A stretch of DNA of 64,000 nucleotides from Bdellovibrionota bacterium. Its GTDB lineage: Bacteria > Bdellovibrionota_C > UBA2361 > JBGSMV01. Made by a program: the position numbers and the translations under genes. Every line of letters starts with the position of its first letter. The first letter of the stretch is position 1. This document shows positions 48,428-58,262 of the stretch, piece by piece. The notes under the pieces are model-generated. The model ran no database searches. It saw nothing but the letters and a program-made list of their open reading frames with translations, and was not told where the DNA came from. Where the stretch lies: positions 60,413 through 124,412 of the forward strand of contig JBIKWF010000003.1 in the NCBI GenBank assembly GCA_044356455.1, written 5' to 3'.

Positions 48428-50297
48428 GGGGCCTCCCGCGATATCTTTTAACGAACCAAAAGAGCGTGTCGACAAGCAGGAGAATGAGTGCGGCAAGAGA
48501 AAGGGGGCGTACAAGGCTTTGGCTCGCCTGCGTGGAATCTGCGGCTTCCGGCAGAGTGATCGCAAGAGAGGTGGAGGCAGCGGTGTCGGACTCCGAAGAG
48601 TCAAAGAAATTTATAGCCTCAACGATCTCTGGCTTGCCCTTTTGACCGAGTGAAATAAGAAGTCCAGGTTTTGCGGGAACGGTAGCTTCGGGAGTGCTGC
48701 TTTGAAGCTCAGAGCGAGGAAACATGCGCGGCTCAGCACTCTTTGGCGGAAGAGCGATGCGACTAAAGACACTCGAGTAAGGCGCGTCGCCAGTTCCGCC
48801 TGAAAGCCACTTGAAAATATTGAGCGTGAGGATGCTAAGCAGAGGTGATTTTTTCCCTTCGAAGGGGAGTAGTTCAAGACCTGACACCACCACACGCCGG
48901 CCTTCAAATTCGCCAGCATAGAGCAGAGGCCCGTGGGTAGAGCTGACAATTTCCTGGGCCCAACCCGGAACTTGCAAGACGGACTGCTCCTTAAGTGAAA
49001 GAGGTCCGTACTGCACATAACTGTTGATGGGATGGCCTTCTAGCCAGCGAGTAATCTGACCGGGGGACTTTTCCAATTTCGAAGGGAACAAGCTCGAGGT
49101 TGCGGGGGGAAGAATCAGCAAAAGTGGAGCCGTGGGAAGTGTCTTGGGGACTACGCGGTGCAGCACTACTAAAGGCGTGCTGGAGTCGACGGAAGAAGCA
49201 TCAAAACTCTCGGGAGTGATAGCCTTACCAGGATAACTCTTGAGGGCCGCAAGTCCGAGCGCCTCGGCGCCTAAATCTGATACGACCAGCAAGGGCCCTT
49301 TGTTAGTCCGCGGAAGAAAATATGCTTCGTCATCCTCTCGTAGCGCATTGGTTTCATTGGTGACCCCTGCCCCCGAGATTCGGAGGCGAAATCCCTGGCT
49401 GCCTCGGGATACGTTCTCAAATTTTATTTCAAGGCGTTCCCCGTGCTTAATGACCTGTTTCTTTTCAGCGCGAGGCCTCGTAGTTACCTCACCGGGAACG
49501 TTTGGGTCAGTTTCTAGCTCCTCGAGAGATACCAGAACTGGAATTCCCTCCTTGGAGGACCTTGCGGATTCAGGCACGAACGCATCTATACCTGCTAGTG
49601 CCGTCATGCTTGTGCCGTGGTTCTCTTCTCGCAGGCGCAGAGAGCTGATGGCAATATTTCCCACGGCCGTTCCAATAGAAGTGGGCGCGGAGAGTCGCTT
49701 CGCGGCTCCTTCGACGCGGATTCGCTGGTCGGTGAGAACCGTAACGGGCGCACCTTCGGTGCTTGCAAGAAGTCTCTCAAGCGCGGGGCGAAGGTTGTCG
49801 CCGGCGTAAGAGACCTGTACCGAGGAGATCAACTTTCGCGCCTCTGCAATCGAAACAAAGCCCTGAGATATATTTGAGAGCCCAGGGGAGGTAAGAAAAA
49901 CAGAGACTTGAGCCCCAAGAGAAAGAGATGCCAGCGTTTTCTCCGCTTCCGTCTTTGCGCGGTCAAGTCGGCTCTCGGACTGGGCCCCTACCGTGCTTTG
50001 TGCGCCCATACTTAGAGAGTTGTCGATCAGAAGGATGTGTAATCCCCCTTCTCCCTGCAAATAAAGTCCGGCAGCTGCAGTAGCAAGGAGCGAGGCAATG
50101 AGGAGCTCTAAAAAAAATCGTGGCGGAAGTTTAATTTTCCGAGGTGCAAAGACTGGGCGAGATATGCGCTTTAAGAGAAGAACGGTAGCCACGCGAATTT
50201 CGCTTCCTGAACCACCGCGGCGGTAAACATAGAGCAATACTGCTGCCGCAATGGGGAGCGAGAGGAGAAACGCCGGAATGACAGCACCAAAAGGCAT
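48417..50297 (-). CDS. BatA/vWA-domain membrane protein
   Basis: N-terminal double TM (BatA-like), LLIDNSLSM, SRLDRAK, VLTD, C-terminal TM. Confidence 0.8.
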   Translation of the reverse strand: MPFGAVIPAFLLSLPIAAAVLLYVYRRGGSGSEIRVATVLLLKRISRPVFAPRKIKLPPRFFLELLIASLLATAAAGLYLQGEGGLHILLIDNSLSMGAQSTVGAQSESRLDRAKTEAEKTLASLSLGAQVSVFLTSPGLSNISQGFVSIAEARKLISSVQVSYAGDNLRPALERLLASTEGAPVTVLTDQRIRVEGAAKRLSAPTSIGTAVGNIAISSLRLREENHGTSMTALAGIDAFVPESARSSKEGIPVLVSLEELETDPNVPGEVTTRPRAEKKQVIKHGERLEIKFENVSRGSQGFRLRISGAGVTNETNALREDDEAYFLPRTNKGPLLVVSDLGAEALGLAALKSYPGKAITPESFDASSVDSSTPLVVLHRVVPKTLPTAPLLLILPPATSSLFPSKLEKSPGQITRWLEGHPINSYVQYGPLSLKEQSVLQVPGWAQEIVSSTHGPLLYAGEFEGRRVVVSGLELLPFEGKKSPLLSILTLNIFKWLSGGTGDAPYSSVFSRIALPPKSAEPRMFPRSELQSSTPEATVPAKPGLLISLGQKGKPEIVEAINFFDSSESDTAASTSLAITLPEAADSTQASQSLVRPLSLAALILLLVDTLFWFVKRYRGRPHAL

Positions 50298-50322
50298 GGC
50301 TCTTATCCTCGGTTACATCGCT

Positions 50323-51204
50323 TCATCGCAAGATTCCTACTCGCGGAAGAATATCTTGAACCCAGCCGCCAAGGTCTTCAGAGGCGAGTGCGAGTGCGTA
50401 AGAGATTCGGGCGGAGCCACAAAAGTCTCGCAGTTCCTCACAATGCCCTTCGAGTAGCTCTTGATACTCAGAGCGGAGTTCAGGAGTGAAATGAATGTCG
50501 ACGCGCTCTCCGGACTCACTGTCCACCACTATGCCACTGTCCTTTCCTTCTAGAGGCCGAAGATCTTCATCACTCAGCACTTGCACCACGGTAATATCGA
50601 GGTTTCTAGCACGCAGCGCGTTGAGGCCTCGCTCAATTTCTTCGAACGGACATAAGAAATCCGAAAGAACCACTGCGACACCTGGAAATTTGCTTTGTGC
50701 GGCTGCGCGCTGCAAGTTTCGCGCGAAATGACCTTCCCCTCCAGGACCAAGCTTTTCAAAGAAGGTGCCAAGTTGGTGAACGGCGCGCGGGCCCGCAAGA
50801 ATGGGAGTGGAGCCTTTCCCGAGCACGGTGCTTGAAACCGTGTCTTGCTCCATAAGCGCGATGTAGCCGAGCGAAAGCGCAATGTCACGGGCCCGCTGCC
50901 ACTTAGGGTCAAATGCGCTCTCGCCCATGGACGCACTTCCATCAACCAGTATCAGCACGCGCAGGTCTTGCTCTTCCTGAAAGCGCTTCACGTAGAGTCG
51001 ATCGGTGCGACCATAGACGCCCCAATCGATGTGTCTTGGGTTATCGCCCAGTTCATATTTGCGGTAGTCAGAAAACTCGATGCCATGCCCGCGCTTGGGA
51101 GAGAGATGTCCTCCTTGACGTGATCCAAGAAAGGCGCGCCGTGCCCTAATTTTGAAGAGCTCGAGCTGATTCAGGAACTGTGGGGTAAAGGTTTCTGGGA
51201 GCAT
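50323..51204 (-). CDS. DUF58 domain protein
   Basis: GIEFSDYRKYELGDNPRHIDW, LYVKRFQEE, VDGSASM, VLSDF. Confidence 0.93.
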   Translation of the reverse strand: MLPETFTPQFLNQLELFKIRARRAFLGSRQGGHLSPKRGHGIEFSDYRKYELGDNPRHIDWGVYGRTDRLYVKRFQEEQDLRVLILVDGSASMGESAFDPKWQRARDIALSLGYIALMEQDTVSSTVLGKGSTPILAGPRAVHQLGTFFEKLGPGGEGHFARNLQRAAAQSKFPGVAVVLSDFLCPFEEIERGLNALRARNLDITVVQVLSDEDLRPLEGKDSGIVVDSESGERVDIHFTPELRSEYQELLEGHCEELRDFCGSARISYALALASEDLGGWVQDILPRVGILR

Positions 51205-51223
51205 AGCAACCTTTGTGGCTACA

Positions 51224-51309
51224 GGGGATGTTCGGCGCCCTGAGGACAGGGCGCCCTACCAAAGTGCGCCCTGCCACAGGACGTCGCACGACGGTGAGGG
51301 CATATCCCC
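51224..51309. repeat. Structured intercistronic palindrome
   Basis: Perfect ggcgccctg-agga-cagggcgcc (51234-51255), a second degenerate copy, and outer ggggat/atcccc arms. Confidence 0.55.
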
Positions 51310-51327
51310 ATGGAATATTGAACCGTA

Positions 51328-52326
51328 TTATTTGGCACTGCGTACCTGATCGATGATTTGATCAGCACTAATTCCATCGGCCTCCGCCTGAAAATTGAGA
51401 ATCATACGATGGCGCAGCGCAGGGGCGATCACGCTTCGAATATCCTCAAAAGCTACGTTAATCCGGTTGTCGAGCAGAGCTGCTACTTTGGCCGAAAGTA
51501 CTATCGCTTGAGCGCCGCGTGGTCCTGGGCCGAAACGTACGTATTGTTTCACAAGAGGAGTTGCAAACTCGTTGGAGGGCGTGAGGGCCGCAATCATTCG
51601 CACAAGGACTTGGTACATAGGATCAGATACGACGACGTGTCTTACCAGGCGCTTCATCACTTCTATTTGCTCGGCGGCTTCTTCTGGCGCAAGGACGGGA
51701 CGAGCTTCAGGGACATCTACCCCTGTGGTGCGAAGCAGCACTTCTCGTAGCTCAGAGGAAGACGGAGACTCGAGCAGCAGCTTCACAAGAAAGCGATCAA
51801 GCTGCGCTTCGGGGAGTGGGTATGTTCCTTCGAGCTCTACCGGGTTTTGGGTGGCGAGCACAAAAAACGGCCTCGGGAGCTTATGGGTTTCGTCGAGTAC
51901 CGTAATCTGGCGTTCCTCCATGGCTTCAAGCAGTGCGGCTTGGGTCTTGGGAGTAGCCCGGTTTATCTCGTCCGCGAGTACCACATTTGCAAAAAGAGGC
52001 CCCGCCTTAAAAACAAAGCGTCTCTTTCCAGAGTCATCTTCAGTGAGAACTTGTGTTCCCGTTACATCCGACGGCATGAGGTCGGGAGTAAATTGTACGC
52101 GCTTAAACCCGAGCCCAAGTGTGGCAGCTATGGATTTTACGAGCAGGGTTTTTCCTAGACCTGGAACACCCTCAAGCAAGACATGGCCTCCCGCAAAGAT
52201 AGCGGAGAGAGTTCTGCGGACAATTTCACGGTTTCCCACGATGACGCGCCCAATTTCAGCTTCAATTGCCTGAAAGACGCGGTTGAAATCGGTAACCGCT
52301 TGTTCTAGTTCTTCTCGCTCTCCCAC
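51328..52326 (-). CDS. moxR: MoxR family AAA+ ATPase
   Basis: HVLLEGVPGLGKT, RVQFTPDLMPSD, LADEINRATPKTQ, ATQNPVELEGTYPLPEAQLDRF. Confidence 0.95.
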   Translation of the reverse strand: MGEREELEQAVTDFNRVFQAIEAEIGRVIVGNREIVRRTLSAIFAGGHVLLEGVPGLGKTLLVKSIAATLGLGFKRVQFTPDLMPSDVTGTQVLTEDDSGKRRFVFKAGPLFANVVLADEINRATPKTQAALLEAMEERQITVLDETHKLPRPFFVLATQNPVELEGTYPLPEAQLDRFLVKLLLESPSSSELREVLLRTTGVDVPEARPVLAPEEAAEQIEVMKRLVRHVVVSDPMYQVLVRMIAALTPSNEFATPLVKQYVRFGPGPRGAQAIVLSAKVAALLDNRINVAFEDIRSVIAPALRHRMILNFQAEADGISADQIIDQVRSAK

Positions 52327-52356
52327 GGTTCATTCCTCTAAGTAAGAAAGTTGTTC

Positions 52357-54336
52357 CTATTCAAGCACATCCTGGTACTCAAGCGGTATCGGTTGCTGGC
52401 CTGGATCCTTGACGGGATCGGGCCGGGCGAGCTGCACATCTGCCAGCCCTGTCTTTGTCCTAGCCTTTGCATCATTTTTCGCCTCACCGGCACTAGCGCC
52501 CGTATAGCGGGTATCAAGCTTTTCCTCTCCAAATTTTATCTCGGCATCTTTAAAGTCTTTTTTCCCCTTGAGACCATATCCGGGGCCCGGGCCTTCACCC
52601 TCAGGGAATTCTTTCACTTCAGGTTCTTTGTCGCTTGCGGATCTAGCCTGGGAACGCTGTTCGTCCTTAGAGCCTTGAGACCCTGAGGACATCGGGGCCT
52701 TTGACCCAGTGGATTCGTTGCTTGAAGAACTTCCTTGGTTGCTGTCTCCGTTTGCATTCTGACCAGAACTGGAATTGCTCGCGGCAGATTTATTGCCTGA
52801 AGACCCAGGGGCGCTTGCGTCAGCGTTGCTTGAGGGGTTCTTTGACGTAGCGCTACCTGAGTTTCCCGCGCCTGCCGAGTTCCCCTGAGACCCAGATCTT
52901 TGGCTTCCTTGTCCTTGGCTGCCTGCGGAATTGGTTCCCGCAGAAGAGGCACTCCCCGCCGAGCCTTGACTTTGGGAGCCCGCGGAACTCCCTTGTTCTG
53001 ATGCGTTCTTTTCCTCCATTTTTTTGAGCATTTCAGAGGCTTTTTGAAGATCGGACCCAGAGGACGAGGCTTGCCCCTGCTCGGAGCCTGAGCTCCCGGA
53101 AGAAGTCTGTTCCTTGGAGTCTCCCTTGTCCCCAGAACCTGAAGAGGGACTGTCGCCGTCTCCCTTGCCATCCGCTGACTTTGCGCTGCCCTCGCTGCCT
53201 TTGTTTGCTCCGGAAGTGCTACTTCCTGAGCCCGCACCTTTTTGATTGTTGCTTTGGGAAGTAGATCCCGAGCTAGAGGAGTCGCCTTCTGTGCCAGCTG
53301 TTTGCGAAGATTGGCTGCCATTCTGATCTTCGCGTTCTCCTTTTTTGTTCTCGCCATCTTTTGTTTCTGCTTCGCGCTTTGCTGCTTGGCTCTGGTTGCC
53401 GCCTTGAGAGGCGTGCTGGATATCAACATCGCTTGAAGCTGCGCCGCTCGAGTTGCTTTGAAGCGAATCTGAGAGGTCACTTGAAGAGGCCACGGAGCTC
53501 TTCTCTGACGACTGGGAAGCTTGAGCGGCACTCACAGAGGATTGAGAAGAGAATGCTTGTGAGTCTGAGCGTGCACCAGATTTTGTGAGTTCCTCGGTAG
53601 AGGAGAAGGAAGCGTAAGAAGCGCTGGCCTCCCCAGATTCTTGAGCCGCAGCGACTTCGCCTAAGGTCTGCTTGGCCTTCTCAATTGCCTCTGCCGACTC
53701 CTCGGTTCCAAGGCCATGCTCGGCGAGTGTGTCAGAAAGCTCCTCAAGGGCACCTAGTAACTCTGGCGGTAGTTTGGGGTGTTCTTCAATAAACTGAGCA
53801 ATCTCTTTAAGCTGTTCGGTGGTTGCAGGGCTTTGGGGCTGAGGGGGTAGCGCCTCTCTCTGCCACCACATTGAGAGTAGAATCAAAGCCCAGAGCAGCA
53901 GAGAGATGAATCCTAGGCGCTTCTCGTTTGCTGACCAGTCGAGTGGAATTACTTTGCTGACTGAATCCTCTGAGAGGATCGTGGCTACTTGAGAGCGCAG
54001 CATGCCCTCAGCTTCGTGGCGCAGACTCTTGCTCTCGAGCTCGACCAGAGTCGTAATTCGTTCTTTGGTGGCAAGCGTTGCATCAATGAGCAGGCTTAGC
54101 TCCTCTGAGGAGGGACTAGTCCAGAACCTACTTTTCCAGAGGGCATAGAAGGAAGCTGCGACTCCAAACACTCCCAGAGTTGAAGCAAGTGTTATTGAAA
54201 TAGTATGGGTGGAAAGAACGCCGAGGACGGAGGCCCCAAGTACGCTCGACGTACTCAGCAGGCCTGCTCGAAGACGCTTTTTGTGTGCGGCACGGCGTAC
54301 CTGCTCAATTAGTTCATTGGCAGTTGCCGCACTCAT
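52357..54336 (-). CDS. MoxR-operon membrane protein with very long Ser/Gly/Gln-rich region
   Basis: N-terminal TM helices, KERITTLVEL, helical segment, over 300 aa of low complexity, C-terminal IPLEYQDV. Confidence 0.8.
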   Translation of the reverse strand: MSAATANELIEQVRRAAHKKRLRAGLLSTSSVLGASVLGVLSTHTISITLASTLGVFGVAASFYALWKSRFWTSPSSEELSLLIDATLATKERITTLVELESKSLRHEAEGMLRSQVATILSEDSVSKVIPLDWSANEKRLGFISLLLWALILLSMWWQREALPPQPQSPATTEQLKEIAQFIEEHPKLPPELLGALEELSDTLAEHGLGTEESAEAIEKAKQTLGEVAAAQESGEASASYASFSSTEELTKSGARSDSQAFSSQSSVSAAQASQSSEKSSVASSSDLSDSLQSNSSGAASSDVDIQHASQGGNQSQAAKREAETKDGENKKGEREDQNGSQSSQTAGTEGDSSSSGSTSQSNNQKGAGSGSSTSGANKGSEGSAKSADGKGDGDSPSSGSGDKGDSKEQTSSGSSGSEQGQASSSGSDLQKASEMLKKMEEKNASEQGSSAGSQSQGSAGSASSAGTNSAGSQGQGSQRSGSQGNSAGAGNSGSATSKNPSSNADASAPGSSGNKSAASNSSSGQNANGDSNQGSSSSNESTGSKAPMSSGSQGSKDEQRSQARSASDKEPEVKEFPEGEGPGPGYGLKGKKDFKDAEIKFGEEKLDTRYTGASAGEAKNDAKARTKTGLADVQLARPDPVKDPGQQPIPLEYQDVLE

Positions 54337-54351
54337 GGATTTGAAGCCTCG

Positions 54352-55374
54352 TTACTTATTTTTTATTGCTTGGAGGTATCGCTTCACTGCTTCTTGGTGC
54401 TCAGCGTAGGTGGTCGAGAAGACATGTTTACCGGTGCCGTCTGCTACGAAAAACAGATAAGGCATCTCGGAAGGATAAAGCGCCGCGCGAATGGCGCCTT
54501 CTCCGGGCGCGCAGATAGGACCTGGAGGCAGCCCAAGATTTACGTAGGTGTTATAGGCATGAGGATTTTTCATATCCTCATCTCGAAGGTCCCCGTTGAA
54601 ATTTTCTAGTCCGTAGATCACGGTCGGATCGGCCTGGAGTTTCATTCCCTGCTTCAGTCGATTGTGGAAGACGGATGAAATCACGGGCATTTCTTCCTGA
54701 TTCCCGGCCTCTTTTTCGATGATGGAAGCGAGCGTTAAAACTTCATGCCGTGAAAGCCTAAGTTCTTCCGAGCGAGCCGTGAACTCAGGTAGCCACTTTT
54801 TCTCACCCTCTTCGAGCATTCTAAAAATGATGTCCCAGGCCACAATCGGACGAGAGAATTGATAGGTATCTGGCCACAGATAGCCTTCAAAGCTTTGGGA
54901 AGCGATGCCAGCTCGGATGAGAAGCCCAGGGTCCTTCAGTGCAGCCGCGAATTGGTCGGCTTTCATGAGTCCTTGAGCTTCAACGATGGCGGGAAGTTCC
55001 TTGATAGACATTCCCGGAATCACGGTTACCACACGCTTAATGACATCCCCTGACATCAGCTTGTCGAGGATCATGCGGGGCGACATGGCCGCGGTCACTA
55101 TGTATTCACCTGCTTTGACTTTTGTGTCGGCTTTCGATGTTTTCGCAAGGATGTCGAGACTCCAGGCGTAGCGAATTGCCTGCTGTTCTACGAGCGCTTT
55201 TGATACTTCAGAGAAGGGCTTCCCGGGCGCAATTTCAATGATGACTTCTTTGGTAGCGCTCGGGTCAAAGGGCGCCAAAAATGCCTGTCGAAAAAAGAGG
55301 TACGTACCCACCGCAATGAGTGCAGGAATCGAAAGAATAAGAATGATTCTAAGCAGCAGTTGAACTGGACTCAC
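54352..55374 (-). CDS. mltG: Endolytic transglycosylase MltG
   Basis: EGYLWPDTY, LASIIEKE, VFHNRL, LQADPTVIYG, YNTY, GLPPGPI, YLFFVA. Confidence 0.96.
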   Translation of the reverse strand: MSPVQLLLRIILILSIPALIAVGTYLFFRQAFLAPFDPSATKEVIIEIAPGKPFSEVSKALVEQQAIRYAWSLDILAKTSKADTKVKAGEYIVTAAMSPRMILDKLMSGDVIKRVVTVIPGMSIKELPAIVEAQGLMKADQFAAALKDPGLLIRAGIASQSFEGYLWPDTYQFSRPIVAWDIIFRMLEEGEKKWLPEFTARSEELRLSRHEVLTLASIIEKEAGNQEEMPVISSVFHNRLKQGMKLQADPTVIYGLENFNGDLRDEDMKNPHAYNTYVNLGLPPGPICAPGEGAIRAALYPSEMPYLFFVADGTGKHVFSTTYAEHQEAVKRYLQAIKNK

Positions 55375-55808
55375 GTGGCCTTCCTCTTTTGAGCATCAAG
55401 ATAAGACTGCAAAATTATAGCGGCCGCCAGAGCATCAATCACTCCCTTATGTCGTTCTTGGGCCGACTTTTTACGAGAGCGGCCTATCCGAGACTCCCTA
55501 AACCTCTCCTCGGCCTCCGAGGTGCTGCTATATTCGTCAACGAATCGAACTTCTACCTCTGCTCGCTTGGTTATTCTGCGGCAGAATGTCTCAACAGATT
55601 CACATTGGGGAGAGCGGGTTCCGTCTTCAGAAAGAGGGAGCCCTGCAACGAGAATTTTAACAGAATGGGCAGCAATCAGGCGCAGGAGCTCTTTTTCAGC
55701 GGCTCCGTTGGCTCGCTCGAGGGTAATAAGTGGAGTTGCAATGCTTGAGGAGTCCTCGCAGGACGCCACCCCTACTCTGCTATCGCCTATATCGAGACCG
55801 AGAATCAT
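55371..55808 (-). CDS. ruvX: YqgF/RuvX pre-16S rRNA nuclease
   Basis: ILGLDIGDSRVGVA, VAGLP, VDEYSST, IDALAAAIILQSYL. Confidence 0.93.
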   Translation of the reverse strand: MILGLDIGDSRVGVASCEDSSSIATPLITLERANGAAEKELLRLIAAHSVKILVAGLPLSEDGTRSPQCESVETFCRRITKRAEVEVRFVDEYSSTSEAEERFRESRIGRSRKKSAQERHKGVIDALAAAIILQSYLDAQKRKAT

Positions 55809-56068
55809 TAGAAACGCCGTTTTGTTGGTGCTGCGCACTCTTTGCAGGCTCTCTATGCCCAAAGTTTTCTCTTAAGTACTCGAGCTGCCAGGCAATGAGT
55901 CGATAATTATATAGTATCAGCGCTCTCTCTACCGCGGCGCAACTTTTGCTGTGAGGCTTGCAGTCAGTCGAAGGGAGCGGCAGTATTCGGTGGTGAGCAA
56001 TCGGGGCTAAGCTCCGAGAATTACTATATTGTTAGATTCAAAACAGTTGTTGTAGCCTCTCACGAGTT

Positions 56069-57499
56069 ATGAACACGTCCCTCACCGCAAAGCGCCTGAC
56101 GGCAGTCTTCGGCGCCTTGTTCCTCTTCCAAGCCTCCATGGTTGCGGTCGGACTGTCTCTCTCAAGCCCGAAATTTCAATCTTCAGCCTTTCAGAATCAG
56201 TTTTTCTCTTCTAGTGAAACGAGTCCCTTTCTATCTCCTTCTTCTCTTTCACAAGAAGATGAGCTTTCCCCTGAGTTGTTGGTTGCTGAGAACGTGACTG
56301 CTGAGACGAGCACTGCCCATGCTTCCACGGACGTTTCTCTAGAAGCTTCGATTTTGGCAGATTCTGTGATGCCCGAGAGCGCTCCCGGCGAAAAAACTGT
56401 TGTAGTGGCGAGCGGAGATAATCTCGCGGGCATCTTTTCTCGCATTGGCGCCCCCCATGCTGCGGCACTTGAAGCTCACAAATCCCTTCGTTCGATTTCA
56501 GGCTCCTCTGCGGCGCTGAAAGTTGGGGAAGAGCTCAAGCTTTTCTTGGACAACAACGGCGATGTCATCAAGTTAGTTCGAGAGCTTTGCGACGGGCGGA
56601 TAGTGACGCTCTCGGGGTCTTCTTCTGGCTATGAAACTTCAATCCAAGAACTCTCTGTTGTTGAAGAGTCACACACGGTTTCGGGATTGATTCAGACCTC
56701 TCTTTCTTCTGCTGCGAGTTCTCTCGCTTTGCCGTTCTCGGTTGTTGATGAATTTGTTGATTTGTTCTCGAACCGAGTTGAGTTTAGGAAGGACTTGCAG
56801 CCTGGTGACACCTTCTCGGTAACTTTCCTCACGCGCAAGAATGGTCGTACCGGCGAGCTACTGAAGCCAGGAGCCATTGCCTCTGCGTCGCTAAAGACCA
56901 AAGGTAAACTTCTGGTTGCGGTCCGTCATGCGGATGAGGACGGTGTTGCAAGGTACTTTGATGAGCGCGGAGATCCGTTAGGAAATTATTTTCTGCGGTA
57001 TCCTGTGCAATTTAGCCGGATATCCTCTGCGTTCTCCTATGCACGCTTTCACCCTGTGCTAAAACGTGCGCGGCCGCATAATGGCGTTGATTTTGCGGCG
57101 CCTATTGGCACTCCGGTTCGATCGGTAGCAGATGGCATCGTTGATATCTCAGGGTATCGCGGCGCCGCAGGGAACATGATTCGAATCTCCCATGGCTCGC
57201 GTTGGTCTACCGCATATTTGCATTTGAATTCTATTAGTTCCTCAGTTCGGCCTGGCGCGAGAATCGAGCGTGGCCAAGTTATCGGAACTGTTGGAACCAC
57301 GGGCCTTTCAACTGGTCCACATCTTCATTTCAGTCTCTATGACCGGGGCAACTATGTTGACCCTCTAAAAACTGACCTTCCCAGCATGCAAGAGGGAGTT
57401 CAGCCCCTGCCGCGTGAATATCTGCTTGCCGCTCTTGAGGCACTTGACCTTGAGCATCAACGCGTAGCGAGCCTCCGTACCATGACGTCTGCCGGTTAA
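56069..57499 (+). CDS. M23 family peptidoglycan DD-endopeptidase (MepM-like)
   Basis: RFHPVL, HNGVDFAAPIGTP, YLHL, TGLSTGPHLHF; N-terminal anchor and LysM-like VASGDNL. Confidence 0.92.
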   Translation: MNTSLTAKRLTAVFGALFLFQASMVAVGLSLSSPKFQSSAFQNQFFSSSETSPFLSPSSLSQEDELSPELLVAENVTAETSTAHASTDVSLEASILADSVMPESAPGEKTVVVASGDNLAGIFSRIGAPHAAALEAHKSLRSISGSSAALKVGEELKLFLDNNGDVIKLVRELCDGRIVTLSGSSSGYETSIQELSVVEESHTVSGLIQTSLSSAASSLALPFSVVDEFVDLFSNRVEFRKDLQPGDTFSVTFLTRKNGRTGELLKPGAIASASLKTKGKLLVAVRHADEDGVARYFDERGDPLGNYFLRYPVQFSRISSAFSYARFHPVLKRARPHNGVDFAAPIGTPVRSVADGIVDISGYRGAAGNMIRISHGSRWSTAYLHLNSISSSVRPGARIERGQVIGTVGTTGLSTGPHLHFSLYDRGNYVDPLKTDLPSMQEGVQPLPREYLLAALEALDLEHQRVASLRTMTSAG

Positions 57500-57645
57500 C
57501 TGATTGGAGCCCGAGCGAAATTGAGCGCGCTTTCAGTCTTTTAGATTAAAGGGGGCGTTCAGTTCTGAATTCTCCGAGCTGCTGGATGGGGTCTTTTGCG
57601 CTAATCTGGCATAACAAACCCTGTAACACCTCGTCGGAGTTCTCT

Positions 57646-58152
57646 ATGCGTTTTGCTTTATTGGCAGTACTTTTCTTTCTTTCTCTGGGCTGCGCCTCTC
57701 GCCAACCATCCCCCTCGTCCTTTGAGGCTAAAGGAATAAAAGTTGGTAAAATTGTCGTCGCGCTCGATTCATCAGGCCTCGAAGCGGAGAGAGTCGAGGT
57801 TTTTGGCAAGGTCTCAGGTATTCAATCTATCAAGGAAGAGCTTTCTAAGGTGCTGCTGCAACGTGGGATGCTCGTGCCTTCCAGTGACGTTACGCTTTCG
57901 GTTACGGTGAAAGATTTTCGCCTTCGCCATGGAGCGACGCGCTATTTCACAGGGTTCTTTTCGGGCTCTGATACGGTGAGCGGAAGTGTAGAGGTGCTGA
58001 AGGCGAAAAAGGTCATTACTTCCTTTGCCACCCAGGTCTCAGGCGGAAATGGAAATCCTTTTAACATTAGCCGAGATTCTCGCAGTGATGGTCTTTTTCA
58101 CGGTTTTGCCGCGAGAGTGGTGGAGCAGCTTAGGCGTCAGTCGATTGAGTAG
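57646..58152 (+). CDS. Lipoprotein, DUF4410-like
   Basis: GGAG SD, lipobox SLGC, ATRYFTGFFSGSD. Confidence 0.65.
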   Translation: MRFALLAVLFFLSLGCASRQPSPSSFEAKGIKVGKIVVALDSSGLEAERVEVFGKVSGIQSIKEELSKVLLQRGMLVPSSDVTLSVTVKDFRLRHGATRYFTGFFSGSDTVSGSVEVLKAKKVITSFATQVSGGNGNPFNISRDSRSDGLFHGFAARVVEQLRRQSIE

Positions 58153-58262
58153 ACCGATGAAATACGACCCTATCGCAAGGACTTTAATTTACAGTATAAA
58201 TTGCAGATTGCCGCAGTTCTAATACCTTGCTTTATAAATGGCCGCGTATTATAAAGCGACAT

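Noticed and set aside
51572..52273. 233-aa ORF antisense to moxR
   Set aside because: Antisense shadow of a conserved gene.
52614..53531. 305-aa alternative-frame ORF in the Ser-rich gene
   Set aside because: Low-complexity codons suppress stops; no slippery site or start signal seen.
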